DNA of 64,000 bases, from the NCBI GenBank assembly GCA_951406725.2, contig OX597817.1, positions 85,870,001-85,934,000 of the forward strand, read 5' to 3'. Shown here one piece after another: positions 40,301 to 55,300 of this stretch (positions are counted from its first letter, which is position 1; every line of letters begins with the position of its first letter). The translations under genes and the position numbers were made by a program. Origin of the DNA: Octopus vulgaris (lineage: Eukaryota). The notes below the pieces were generated by a model. It searched no databases, was not told the origin of the DNA, and saw nothing but the letters and a program-made list of their open reading frames with translations.

Positions 40301-43300
40301 GTTTGGGCTTTTAAATATTATCATGTGACCAACAGCGTACAATAGGATATGAAAACAAATTATTGAATACATTCACTCCTAAAATTCTAAAAATATTGAA
40401 GCAAAATATTTAGTTAATCATTGTAGCAGTGCTACATTTTGTTCGAAATAGAATTTTTACATTTTATTCTTTAGCCTCAAGTCAACCTCAATCCTACAAA
40501 CTTAATTATAAATTATTCCATACTCAATGGCGTCTTTTAACAGTAAAGGGTGTGATCTGAAGAAAATTTGAACACTATTTGGGTATCATTTAAATTAGCA
40601 AATGTGAAATGGCTATTTTGGGAGGGGTTTTTTTAAATACAATTATGATAAATTTTTAATGGACTAAAATCAAAATGGTATATAAAACGTCCATAGCTTA
40701 TGTTTTTGTAAGAAAGAAACAAAATCTTAGTATGTTCTTATGTTTTTTTGCTGTTTTCAGTTAAGTACTGCTAAGGCAGCAGCTTCAAGTGTTTTTAGTC
40801 AATTATAGTGAACTTCATACTTATCTCATAATGAAGAAAGGGTTTACTGGATAAAAGGAGATGCAAGGTTATATTTTGATTTTTTTTTTTTATTTGGACA
40901 CTGATGTTATTCAACCCACACCCACGAACACATATCTGACAGACTTCTTTATAGTTTCCATCTACCCAATTTCATTTGCAAGTTTTTACTAACCCTGAGG
41001 CTATAATAGAAATCACTTACACAATCTTCCAGTATGTTAAAAATTAATTATGTAATTTGAGGTTATAATATTAACATTGCAGCAAGGATCTCTTAAATGT
41101 TTTTAAAGTGAATATGCTTTCATAAGAAAAGCCACAACCTTTAGGGGTTATTTCAAGTAAATAATCCTAAGTCTACTTTATGTATTTAGAATATTAATCA
41201 GCTAAAATTTGTCATCACAAGAATTTAGAAAAGAAGCTAAAAAAAGAATAGAACGTTAAATTAGAAGATAAAAATCAAGAATTTTCTTTACCTACTTTCA
41301 AAATGTGAGTAAATTCCTGGAGACTTCAAAGAGGATGCCTTATTTGTTGTGATTTCATAAAGATGGATGAGTCATATGACTGTATTGTGATAGCCATATC
41401 TGTGGCCAGCATAGTAGCCCTATCTATGGTGGTCACTACATTATTTCTATGTGGATTGGGTCCAAGTTGTTCAAGATTTTCATTAATATTGGTAACACTC
41501 AGTTCCCACTACCACCAATCACCTCTTATCCAATTACAGTATTATTGTACTTGCTCTTGCACTTTAAATGCAAGTCATTAGCTCCATATTAAATAATCAA
41601 ACCACTAAGTCACTCTCTTTACAATATGTATATGAAATTAATATATGTTTGTTCAAGAAACAGCTATATTTGAAATTAATATATGTCTATACAAGAAACA
41701 GCAAAATTTCATTTTCCACAAAGAAATTAGACTGAGAAAGTCTTTGCTAACGATTAGATTAATTAGATACTCTCGGCTATAAATTGTAAATTTAAAGAAG
41801 AAGAAAAAATAAATTTCAAGCGAATTGTCCACCCAACATTCACTTTTATTTATGTATATTTGTACAATAACGTTGATGGAGATAATTTACATAATAAAAC
41901 TTTTTTTTTTTCAAATTATTAGAATATCTTTTAAGGATTAGTAGATTTATCATCTTTGAAAAGAGAAGTTGAAGAAAATAATATACGTACCAAACCAAGT
42001 CTAGATTCAGCAAAAAGTGAAAAAAACTACAGTATATTAGGGTGCCGTAAGGAAAAGAAATATTTCATACTTCAGTTCCTCAACTCACAGCACTATAACA
42101 TACTTAAATTTTTTGTTTTTACTGAACAGAATTTTACAAATGCAGACCACCACTAGTCTCATAGTTGAGAATGGTTTAAGTTATTGTGCACACACTCGTG
42201 TTAGTTTAACATAGTAACCAACTACAAACACTAGAAAGGGCATTGGGGAAAGGATTAAATGGTTACAATTCATGATGGAACTTACTTCTAAAATCATCAT
42301 AATCTTCAGAAGATCCCTCAGAAATAATTGGTGCTTAGAGTTTTGTAGTTTTACAGAAAACATGCATGTATGTTAAATGCTATTCTTTCTAATATACAAA
42401 AATTTACTTCAGCACACTTTGATAAATTTGTGATGATTATAAAGGCTAAGGAAATTAATCATATTAAGAATTTAATTATTATTCTGACCATCACTTAATA
42501 AGCTAAGCAATAATGCTTGCAGAAAATAGGAATATGCAGTATAAGAAAAATCACTCCACATTGCCAAATAAGTTTAATTTATTATAAAATAGCAGTACTC
42601 CATTTATATATTTTACTTGCTACTTTAAAGAATTCAGTACAAAATCACATTTAGGATTTTGAAAGGGTTTGTATCTATAAACATACCTATTGCTGTTAAG
42701 GGTATTGAAATGGCTCCAATAAAATATTACCTATTAGATGTGGTTTCAAAAACAATTTTATGGAAAGTTCAAAAATAAAATCAAGAAACAAAGATTAAAC
42801 AAAATTGTGCCTATTCTTCTAGAAGATGCAGCTCTCTCTCTCTTTTAAACAAACATTTTTTGTACTTGTAACCATTTGTCTCAATATCCAGTGTTAGACA
42901 AATTTCAGTGATATTTACAACATAATTAAAATTACAATATTATTTACTAAAGATATTTTTGTAGGGTTTTACTGTAAACCATTATTATTAAAACAAAATG
43001 ACATTATGCTTGGAAAATAAACTGTCCACTGGATGTCTCAGGTTACTTTTTTTTTCATTTCATTTTGGGAGAGAGAGAGAGAGAGCCAAATAGACAAACA
43101 TAAAAATATCTTTGTTTAATAATGTTTCTTTAGTAAAAATCCAGTTAAGTAGTACAGTGATAAAGAAATGTTACTGAAAGAATGTAACATCACTCGTCCT
43201 GTTGTAGGATATCATGAACTCGTATAAAGAGGAGTGAAACCAACCTGTCGGTATGACAAATGAGTTTTCATCTGATCATTGCGACAATATAAGAACAACA

Positions 43301-46300
43301 CATTAACCATCAGTTGATGAACCTGGTCTGATTGGAAGAAAGGAATCTCAGGAAAACTAGAAGGAAAAGAAAAGAACATAAACAAAGCATATCCCTGGAC
43401 ACCAACAAAAACAGAAGCAACAAGAGGCAGTTGTAGAAATTTGACTAAGTCCACAATATTCAAGGCATGCTACAACAAAAAGAAAAAATGACAAACAACA
43501 TGGAAGATTACAACACTAAAAAGAAGAAATATATATTTATTAAAATGGAATCGGTGAGGATTTCAATATCTAGAAACACTGAAAAGCAATTTTCTTTTTC
43601 TTTTTTATTTTAATTATTCACAATAGCAAATGGTGTGTTTTTCATAGACACTGGAAAAGATTTCAGTTGCATGAAATTATAATCAGTTGTTAAGACATAA
43701 ATGTGACAAGCAATTAAATCTCAGATTAGAGTTCTGCCAAATGAAGAAAGAAATTGAGACAAGAATCACCAAAAAATTTTGAGTTGGAGTTAACAGAAGA
43801 AATATCAAAAGACTGCTTAAGAGACTTGCTCAACTTTACACTTGAAGATGTTAAAAATGCACTGGATTAGTTACAGATGACATACAAGCATCTATTTCAT
43901 CTCAACATCATGGAAATAGATGTTAAATGGTTACTGATGATAATTATCATGGGGAAGGGTGATGACTACCACAAGTCACTGCTGCTTTTAGTAGTTAGGG
44001 AACTATTCCAAGTACACAAATATGTAAAATATGTAGTAAAGAAATCCTGAAAGCAAAAAGTTTTGCTCTAATCAAAATTCAAACTACTTTGGTATACTCA
44101 CAAGTAACATAATATAATCAGAAATAATAAACTAACATCTTTTGCTATTAACAAATTTGCAATCATTTAAAGTTTATAAACTTAGTAGTATTGGTTTCAC
44201 TTTTTCAATCTTACAGCTTCTCTCTCTTTCTCACTGGGGTATTAGCAGAGTATGCAACATAGAGGCCATACACAAATCAAGCAATAGTCATTTAATAAAT
44301 CAATTATTCTAAATATAAACTACTTCTTTGCAATTTATTACAAGAACCCATAACATTTTAACAGATGAACTACAATATCTAAGTTGTAATTTTAGCAGTC
44401 ATTATCAGGTATTATTGCTGAGACATAGACCAGTCAGATCAAACTCTCATTTTCTTTCCACAGGAACTATTATATAATGTTCAGTCTCTTGACACAGCCA
44501 AAAATCCAAGTTTCTTTAAGACTTAAAGCAGAATTTATGCAGAACAAACCAGAATCTCATTTGATCAGCAATTGCTACTTTCAGTTCTTTATCACATCTA
44601 ATTACATAATAAATATTGGTTTCAAATTTTGGCAGGAAACCAGCAGGTTTGTGGGGGAGGTAAGTCGACTAACTATTACTCATTAAGGATGAAAGGCAAA
44701 GTAAACCCCAGCAGAGATTACACAATAAATATTAAACAATGAAATCTATTTTTCTCTCAACAGAAAAATAAGCCATAAACTGGTCTTTTTTCCTATAGTC
44801 TAATATAAAAATATTTCATAAGAATCAGTTTAGTCTGCAAATATTGGTTACAGGGTAAAATGAAATTTTGAAAATTCAAATTAGTATAAAAAAAGTTTCT
44901 TTGAATATTTAATTTCCTAAAGATTTTATGTTAGTAAAATTAAATTCTTTATTAGTTTTAGTGAGATTCCCCCTGTCCCCTAATATCTACTAACTTTCCC
45001 CTAAACACTATACATATTTTCTTGAATACAGGCTATGGCTCCAATTGCATGCTAGACAGCTAAGCTAAACCAAGGAGCTCTTATTACAATACTACAAACA
45101 GCATCAAATGCTGATATCAGCACTATATACCATCCTTTCTCACCAATGTCATGCATACAAGAAATATAAATCATCAGCATAACCATTTTACAACTGCTCA
45201 TGTTGGCATGAATTGAACAGGGCAGCTCACTCAGATGAGTATGGAAGACCTCATCTAACCCACATCTCATTTCCATTTGGTTTTTATAGCTGGATGCTCT
45301 TCCTAATACCAACCACTTTACAGACTGTATTGGGTGCTTTTTTCATGCCACCAGTACTAGGGAAGTATCATATCCTCAACAAGATACAACACTTTCCACA
45401 TATTCCATATTTGGCCATGCACAACAGAAAAAAAAAAGATACAGCCAACAGGATTTTTTTCTACAAAGCTAAGGATTTTCCAGAGACGAAAAAGAATGAT
45501 ATGGAAAAATCCTCATCAACAGTTGATAACAATGAAGACGCTGATGGGCAGTCAATACAAAATATGCATAGCATATAAAAACAAACAATGGACTAAAATC
45601 AAAATGGTATATAAAACGTCCATAGCTTATGTTTTTGTAAGAAAGAAACAAAATCTTAGTATGTTCTTATGTTTTTTTGCTGTTTTCAGTTAAGTACTGC
45701 TAAGGCAGCAGCTTCAAGTGTTTTTAGTCAATTATAGTGAACTTCATACTTATCTCATAATGAAGAAAGGGTTTACTGGATAAAAGGAGATGCAAGGTTA
45801 TATTTTGATTTTTTTTTTTTATTTGGACACTGATGTTATTCAACCCACACCCACGAACACATATCTGACAGACTTCTTTATAGTTTCCATCTACCCAATT
45901 TCATTTGCAAGTTTTTACTAACCCTGAGGCTATAATAGAAATCACTTACACAATCTTCCAGTATGTTAAAAATTAATTATGTAATTTGAGGTTATAATAT
46001 TAACATTGCAGCAAGGATCTCTTAAATGTTTTTAAAGTGAATATGCTTTCATAAGAAAAGCCACAACCTTTAGGGGTTATTTCAAGTAAATAATCCTAAG
46101 TCTACTTTTCAACTTATATTCAGTAGGAGTTGAAGATAATTTTGTTTTGAATAGAAGCTTTTTAAATATTTAAATATGCAAACAAAAAGAAAACTTTATG
46201 CATAGATATTACAGAAATGCAGACTTTTAATGAATTGATTATGACATGCAAAGAACCTCATCAGTTACATCAATTGGAAGTAGTTTGGGCCAGTAATTGA

Positions 46301-49300
46301 GCAGAAAATAAGTTTCAAAAAATAATGTTTATGTGGAAATGACTACTTTTAATATTAAATACCAAGTATGGTAATGAGAAATAAAAAGCAATACATCTGA
46401 CACCACTGACCTAACATATAAAATAGCTCAAACATGACTAGTAATTATAAAGGGAAAAGTTGCTCATCAGGATTTTTCTCTGGGTGCTAATAATTAACAG
46501 ATAGCATTATACAAGATAGTGAAAGAAGTTGACAGCATGTTCTTATAAAGGTTTAACAACAAAACCTTAGAGCTAAATTATATTTTGAGTACAAGGTATA
46601 ATATAGCAAATTATAATGAGGAAATAAGATTTTTGTGGAAATATATGAAATACCTTGAAACAAATTTAGAGGGGATTATTCTGTATAAATTATTAACTAT
46701 ATATCATACAATAATTTCTTAAAATTGGAAAAGCAGAAAATATAGACCAAAACTCTAAACAAAGATTTATTTATCAACATTAGTCACAAATCATGACTTA
46801 CATTTTGCAACTTAAACTACAATAATAATAATCATTATTATAATAAATGAATATATTTAACTATCATTACTAAGAATTTAAGGTAAATGACTACACAATT
46901 TGCAAAGATACATTCCCAACAATTTTAGTTTAATATTTAACAAAACTAGTTAATTATAAAATATAACAGTAATTTATTACTGATATATCTAATAATAAAA
47001 TATAATCTTTACACAAAGTTTATTCAAACTTTGCAATCAAAATTTCACTTTTAATTTGAAGTAGGTTTATCAAATTTTATCACTTTTTCAGAAATACCTT
47101 TTTCTAAATATTTATATTCTAAGTGAAATGTTAAATATTAAACAATGTTCAAAATATCTGAGAGTAAATCTGAAGTAAATTCCCTCAATGTATAACCACC
47201 TCATGCTGAAAAGTGATAGGGACATATGCATGCAAAAAACTAAACATTGATAGGAGACATGCTGCTGTACAATGTGCAGCTAGCTACAATGGCAATAGAC
47301 ACAAGAATGGCAGACTTAGCTTTGAGAAGAGAAATAAAAATGAATAGTAACCTGTCTATAGGACAAGTCAACGTTCAGCTTGGCATAAATAAACAGAATA
47401 TCAACCATCATGTTTCGCACTTGATTAGACTGAAAAAATTCTATTCGAGGATAACTGGAACAGAAGTAAAAAAATGACATAAGTCAATGATGTAATGAAG
47501 AGGCTAGAGCACCAGAGAAAGGATTTATATTTTTAAATCCTCACTCAACAAGATGGTTGATAAAACTGAAATATATATATATATATAACTGCTCGAAAAC
47601 AAAATTTCTTTCATTTCAAAAGAAACCATAATTTTTTTTTTTAATCAAAAGTCTACCAAATTAGATTTGTTTTCCTTCAAAACTCGAGAAAGAGTTGGTT
47701 AAACATATGCAGATATATTGAGATGTGCAGTGGTTGAAGTGTTTATTAGATTGCTTGGCTACATGACCCATGAGTGCAAACATCATCATTCCCACTATTA
47801 CAACTACTACTGCAACTATTATTTTGTGTCCCTAAGTTTGGAAGTTCCCCTCTCAACAAGAAGAAACTCTAAACAATTTTATAACTCAAAAGAGCAAGTC
47901 ATGTTACAACTACTAAAAATTTCATAATAGGTTGTGTAGTGTTTCACAACATAAAAGAATGCATATATCACTTACTCAGCAATGTTGTTGAAAATATTTT
48001 ATGCAAGTAAAATAGAACATCATTCCAATTACAAATCAGAATTTAGAATGAGTAGTGAGAGAGTATTAAAAATTGTTTCTTTTTAAATAGTAGCCTGTAA
48101 ACTCCAGAGTATAAATTATTAAATTTTCTTCATAATACCTTTATATTTAAGGCGTATAAATTACACTCAATTGAAATATTCTCACCTTACATATTTTCAA
48201 TTTACAGAGCCTTTGTCCTGGCAAATGATCTAAAATTAAGTGTAGTAATTTGAGTTACTTTTGGTTTTATTTCCCCACTTCATACATCTAAAACAAAATA
48301 TACTATGCCACACTTGAAATGAAGGTAACATACACTTGTTACACACTAATTAAATTTAATGTTCTCTCGAATTTAAGAGACTCAAATTATGGAGCATGTC
48401 TTACACAAATATTCTATTCCTACAAATGTAGTTTGAAAATTAAGTTGTGATAATTAAAAGCTAAATGAAATTTTGAAGCTAACAATCCAAGTGCAGAAAT
48501 TGATGTATCAAAGTAACATAACTGACTATCCTAAGGAAATAATGACACGGACTAACTCTAAAAATTGGTATATCTTGAAAACAAACATTTGAAGTAGACA
48601 AGATCAAAGTCATCCAACAACCATAATTTTCAACAAAAACACAGCACAATTAAAAGGAAAACTGTAAAAGTGGTTCAAGGAAATAATTTGCATGATTTTT
48701 TCTTTAAAACTCTTTCAGCTGCACTGTTGAATGTATATTATTAGGTTAGATTCACCAAGAAATATTGATATGCATCAAAAATCAATATTGTATGAAACTA
48801 TGAGAATGGTGACAAATGAGTGAAGATATGATATAAATGTTTATGAGTTTGGGGAGCTAGTACTGAGTCTGACCAAAAGTTGTAAAAACTAAAATGGTAA
48901 CTAAAACAAAAAATAATAAAAATATAAAGACAATTTGCTAATCTAAAACCAAAAGAAAACTGCTCTAGAATTATTAAAATTAGTCTGACTTCAAAGAGGA
49001 CAGTTTAACAAACTTCCCTAAAAGCAACAAATGAAAATTATAGAAGAACAGTATGATTAAGTTACAATATGAAGAAAAATACTCGATAAACAAGAAGTAT
49101 TATCAGAGATGTTGCTTCAACATATAATTTCATCACTGTACATTATTGCTCAATAATGAAACAGCTTTTCTTAGAATTCAGTTAAAATATACAATGGAAT
49201 TAAAAATCAAAACTTTAAAAACAAAAAAAAAAGACAAAACAAAGCATTTAAAGCACACTGTAAAATGATGAAATGGATGTATTTATTGACAATATAAGCT

Positions 49301-52300
49301 TTAAGCTTAAATCAATAAGCATGTTCCAGAATATAATATAAATATAAGCAAGTTCCAGAATATAAAATTAAAAAGATTATACTAAATTATTTGAGAACAA
49401 AAACAAAACTTACCTTGTGCCTAACTTCATTCTTCGAAAATTACTTGATAATCATCAAATAAATAGATAAAATTTTACTTTCTCTTAGATATTTCTTAAT
49501 CTATCATTTTAACAGTTCAAAGAAATTCGAAAAGTATTTATTTTCTGTTCACTACCTGCTTTGTTTGGAATTCAAAAACTACCCATCATCACATGAATGA
49601 GCCAAAATATTCATTTTCATTGATAGCAGAAGTACACTATATACAGACAGTCTTCTTTGATATATTCAATAAGGAATAAAGGAAGGAGTACTGAACTGTA
49701 CAGAATTAAAAGATAAGTTTTTCTTCATTAATAGTCTTTGAGACAAACGAATATTTTCTTTCTTGAAAGTTTAAAAAATTATTAATAATTGATGATGATA
49801 ATAGATCTAATTAAAAGTGAAAATAATTTTACTAAAATAATGAGTATGAATTGAGTAAGATCTTTCCTTTGAGATCAGATAGATTTTAAAGACAAAGTAG
49901 AGAAGTTTGTGAAATATAAATAATTTAAGTTTAATTTAAAATATGAACAACTGCCGAGGAAACAAAACACATTTCATAATGTAACTGATGAAATACATTT
50001 GGCTTCTTCACTGACTGACAGAAAATTAAAAAATTTATGCCCCATCATACAATTTTCTTATTCAAATATAAAGAATTAATCAACTTCTTTCAGGATAAAT
50101 ATTATCAACTTTTCTCTAGTTGTTTTTACATCAAAATCAAAGGAGCAGTGCCACTAGACTTTTCAGACATTCCTAAACAAACAAAGCAGTTAATAACCAT
50201 TTTGAATTCTTACAAGCAAGCAGGATCAGGATGAACTCCAAAAGAGATAAATCTTGGGAAAGTGAAACTGAAGACAATTTAGGATTTAGTAGATAATCTG
50301 AAGTAGAACATTGTGCAAGTGAGGAGATGGTGAATCTGGCAAGACTATTGTAATAAATAAATACATATATATATATATATATATATATAAAGCTAAAGCT
50401 GAATCTATACTGATAGTGGGCTAAAAGCAAAACTACTTTACTTGTATGTTAAAACTACATCAATTAGCCAGCAGCAACCAGCTTAGAAAACATTTTAAAT
50501 AAGTGACAATGTTTCAAGGACTATCAGCATTTCAGTTTTATCAACAAAATGAAAAGATAAAAATTACTGAACTGCCAAGTGTGCATAGATTCATTTTTAC
50601 ATGTCTTGCTGTATAATACAGTGGTGCAGAGTTTTTGTTTCCAGAAAGGTTTGGCTATCCAGATACAGAGTCCTCACTTTGATGAAATACTTCTATTAGT
50701 AAGCGTAGGGTAAATCAAATGCTACAGTTTTATTCACCTTCTGTTCAAATAGGACATTGACTAAAGCAACAAACATTGTGTTGTTCATGGTCACTGGACA
50801 ACAAATACCTTACAAAGTACTTGCCAAAACACTCCTTGTCCAGGAACTGCAACCATGACTATAAAAAGGCCTTATAACTTTAATTTTGGTGCCATTGTTT
50901 TGTGAGATCAGATCTCTCCAAGCAGCTTCTCTAGTAAGCCTGATATGGACTTAGTTCTTGCTGCTTTATTTGCAAACCAGAAGTGTGTCTATACGCAGCA
51001 CATCAGCTTTACAAAACCTGGCTTACAACTTCTATTAGACAGTATCAGTCCAAAATCTCTCCATATGGCTCTCACTTGCACAGCCCCATTATAATATGGC
51101 CAAGCTGAGAATAATGAAACTGCAGGCTCCCATACATCAAACCCCCACATTATAACATTAAATTGCCTTTGCATACAATGCAGACCCCAACAAAACATTA
51201 TGGCTTAGAAAATATGAAGCTTTTTTTTTTTTTAATATATGCTGCACATTACCAAATTGTTTTACTTTATTCTTATTATTTTGGTAGAAATAAATATTTT
51301 ATCTCTCCATCACACACATTCTTATTTCCTGTCAAAATCCCAACAATACTTTCAGTGTTTTGAGTATTTCATTCTGGGAAATGGATCTAGACAGTGTCTC
51401 TTCACAGTGCATGTCTGAGTAAAGTTGTATGGCAGACAAACAGCTGTCCAGGGGAAGGCAAGGACCAACCCAGTTAGGCTCCAATGTTATCACTAGCATT
51501 ACCATCAGGATATGAACTAGAACAAATAACATGAGACATTCCATCTCACTAGCATCATCATCATTATTATTTATTATCCATCTTCTATGCTGCCATGGGT
51601 TGGATAGTTTGACAGAGTCTGAAGGACTAGCTCATGTTCCAACGTCTATTTTGGCATGGTTTCTACAGCTTTCTAACTCCAACTACTTTATAGAGGACAT
51701 TGGGTGCTTTTTCATGGCACCAGCTCTTAAGATCATTGCTTCATAATTTGCAAAGATAAGCCCCTAAAGTGGTCCCTATAAATGAGGAAGAACAGAAGAG
51801 AGAGTAAGCAATGATTCTAAGCAGAGGGATGATAACCCTGACAAAAGGCAAGACTAACCTCCGCAGGGTCTGAACCAACAAGTTCTATCCAATGTTCTAA
51901 CAATACTGCATGTACATTAATATTAAGCATCCATTGTAACCCAACAATCCTTAACAGGAGCACACCAAAAAAATAATCAGTTTATTTACAAAGTAAAGCA
52001 ACCAAGCATTACATGAATCAAAATTATCTCTCTTAATAGAATGTTAAATATCTTACGTTCGGATAACATCTTGCTTGATGGTAAGCCGCAATTCATTGTC
52101 TTGAAAAAAGCGATTCCAGGGACTCTAAAATAGTGAAAGGTTAGAAATGATTAAGTAATGCCATATTTTTCAAATAAAAACTGATAAATTGTCTTCTTTA
52201 TTTCATCTAATATTAAAACTGAATACTGATTTCAAAATATTCAGGTCTTTTATAAATACAAACAAATTAAATTCAAAACTCTAATTTTTCTGTTCACCTC

Positions 52301-55300
52301 ATTTTCAATACATTGCATTCCATAAAACATTTGTCATTATACTCATTGTCAGTCACAAAATTAGATTTTCTTAGATTTTTGTTGCTCCTATAAGTTATCC
52401 CTAAACAGTTACTTCAGTTCTATAAATGCTACCCATTAGAGTATATTGCTACTATATATAAAACAGTGTACCACTATTGCTCACTAGCATCTTGGAAAAG
52501 ATAGAATAACATTTGAAATGGTGCTGATAGAAACAATAGTAAAAATGACAGTGACAAGTGTAAAAGTGGTATATATATAATATGAAGATACACTATGCAA
52601 ATTCAGAAGTACTGAAACCTTTAGAATAGCAGTATAAGAGACTGAAAGTAGGTGCCCCTCAGTGATAATCCAGGTTGTAGATTAAATCTTTGTAAACATA
52701 TATTTGTCTTTAGATAAATAGTGATACAATCAACAAGGTTCAAATGTATGATAAGAACACTTACATAAATTAAATTGGTAGCAAGCTTCTCTCAATTTAC
52801 ATGTTTACGATATCATGTGACTACTATTTAAGATAGCTACCATGTTGATAAAGACAATCTGGTCTTTGCTGGAAATAAATGACCTCATGCAAATATGGCT
52901 TTCTTTTGGATAAGCCTTTTACAGTGATATTATAATATTAAGTTTTCAATAAGCATATTACACTGTCCAAATATTACATTAGCGGTGTCATATTAAAAGT
53001 AATTATATTTTATAAAGGTTAAGCAGCCATTCAGCAATGATGTAGATTAATAAACTTCATGATGTACATACAATTACTACCCCATAGATCATAATGTCTG
53101 CTATACTAAATGGCTGAATTCAAATTAACAAAAGATTGGAGATGGAAAACATGGTGGAAGTTAATTTTTTTTTTTATTTCCCCTAGCTAGCAACTATACA
53201 ATCATTTTTGTTGGAATACTGCATTTATATGTTTTCCACTGTTAAGTAAGATTTGGAACCTACTTCATTTGTCACACAAATCGGAGAAGAGAAACAGTAT
53301 AGCACATTAGGATTTCAATGTTGATTTTACTGTCATTATATCTTTATATACATTATGCGTCTGTGATTATCTACATTGATATTTTACAATATGGTAATTA
53401 GCTTTAATTTAGAAGTCCAGTAAAACAATGTTCGCATCTCAGTCATCAATAGTACCACTGTTTTAATGTCTATTTTTAAATGTTTGTATGGATCAGGTGA
53501 AATTCTTTGAGGTAAGTTGTCTATATCCAGGTATTCTTCCTGTCATCATCCCTCACTTGTTCCCAAGTAAGGTAATATTTTTTCCCTGGCTAGACAGGTT
53601 TTTGAAAATTGGAAATGAAAGACACCGTTTATATGATGATGACACTCATTTACAACTATCAGGCAATGTCAAAACAAAGAGACACAACCACACACACATA
53701 AACAGTGGGTTTCTTTCAGTTTCTATCTACCAAATCCACTCACAAGGCTTTGGTTAGCCTGGAGCTACAATAGGTGACACTTGCCAAAGGTGACACACAA
53801 TGGGGTTAAACCCAAAACCCAGTGGTTGAAAAGCACTGTCAGTACAAAAATTAAAACTGAAAAAAAAAAAAGACAAAACAAAGATTATTAACTTTCAGCA
53901 GCTACAAATACCAAAGCACATTAATTTTTAGTCTTATATGAATGTTTATATGATACACAATATATACATTTTGATTTTTACAATACAAGAAACTTACTTC
54001 TTCAGCCTGAGACAGTGGATTGTTCAAAGATAAGTCATGGGCAGAGTCAACAGCTTTGCGTGGATTTATTATGAGCTACAAGAAAGAAAAAAAATGTTTT
54101 TCTTCACATTATACCTTAGATTAAAACAAAATCAGGAAAACATTAGCATTTAGTGATTATCAAGCTAATTTTACATGCAATTCTCTAAATTATCACTAAT
54201 TAGTTAAGACTACAATGCAGCATCCTCCAATGTATTTTGATCCAAGACTGTATTTCACCAAGTTTCAAGTAAATCAATTCATCACCAACAAGGAACCAGT
54301 TAAGTATGTTTGTTATGACATTAGTGTAAGAGTAGTTTTCTTGCTAGGTTCAGAGTCTTCTTCATTCTGTGCAAACATTAATAGCAGGCCATGTGAGTTT
54401 ATGGTATATACCTACATTCTATATTGGTGGTTCAGAGAAAAATTAAAGTGACTATATAGATATGTCTACTTCAAATATACCAAGTTTATATCTCATTCAC
54501 TAGCACATGACAATTACAAGGTTTTTGGGGTATCTCAACTTCAGAACCAGTTTTACACAATTTCAACAGGTAAGTAAACTTAAATTTCAATTGAGATATC
54601 AAATGCAATCTACATATATTTTGGCTCAACTAATCTATATAAAGATGAAATATAATACATACACCCCACCCTTCAAAAGACCAACACAATATGACTTCGC
54701 AAGACATCTTGCTTTTCACTGGCATGTATACATTAACTACAGTACACAGATGGTTATTTTAATTTAATGCTGCTTCAATTGCATACACTGAATTTTTTAT
54801 CTATTTTTTTTTAATCTTTTAGTCGAGGGAAGGCAGTGCTCATGCATGACCCTTTACAGGTCTCTGAGACAAGTTGGAAAGACAGACAAAGATCTGCTCA
54901 AATCCAACAACTTGCAACAGAGAGAACTCTGCTAATTCCACTCAACATGTCTGGGAGTGGCATTAACCAGGTGATGGATTAAATCTCTCACTCAGTTAGA
55001 CCTGTGTAGGATTTGAACTTAGAATACAAAGAACTGGAAAAAATACCACAGGGCAGCCAGTCTGATATTCTTATAGTTCTGCCAATCCACTCCACTAGAT
55101 TGGTACTTTATTAACACAGAAGTGAAAGGTAAATACTTTAAGCATTAAAAAAACCCCACAATTTTTCAGTGATTCAGTATAGTTAATATTTGTAGAAAGA
55201 CATTTATTAATGGAAAACTTTAACACAGTTTGCATGTACGGAACATGGAATAACAAAGATAAACAGAAAACAAAGACTGGGAGTTATTGGAATACATGTT

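Noticed and set aside
41295-41317. 21-nt in-frame exon candidate (EFTHILK)
   Set aside because: It would interrupt the invariant YRQ-GMHE motif, and the donor is ambiguous.
40658-46108. LTR pair of a retrotransposon
   Set aside because: No TG..CA ends, PBS, PPT or TSD; the interior contains a host exon and no gag/pol.
49413-49442. 30-nt exon with strong AAG|GTAAGT donor
   Set aside because: Poor acceptor, and it would split the catalytic DVIRT-FP motif.
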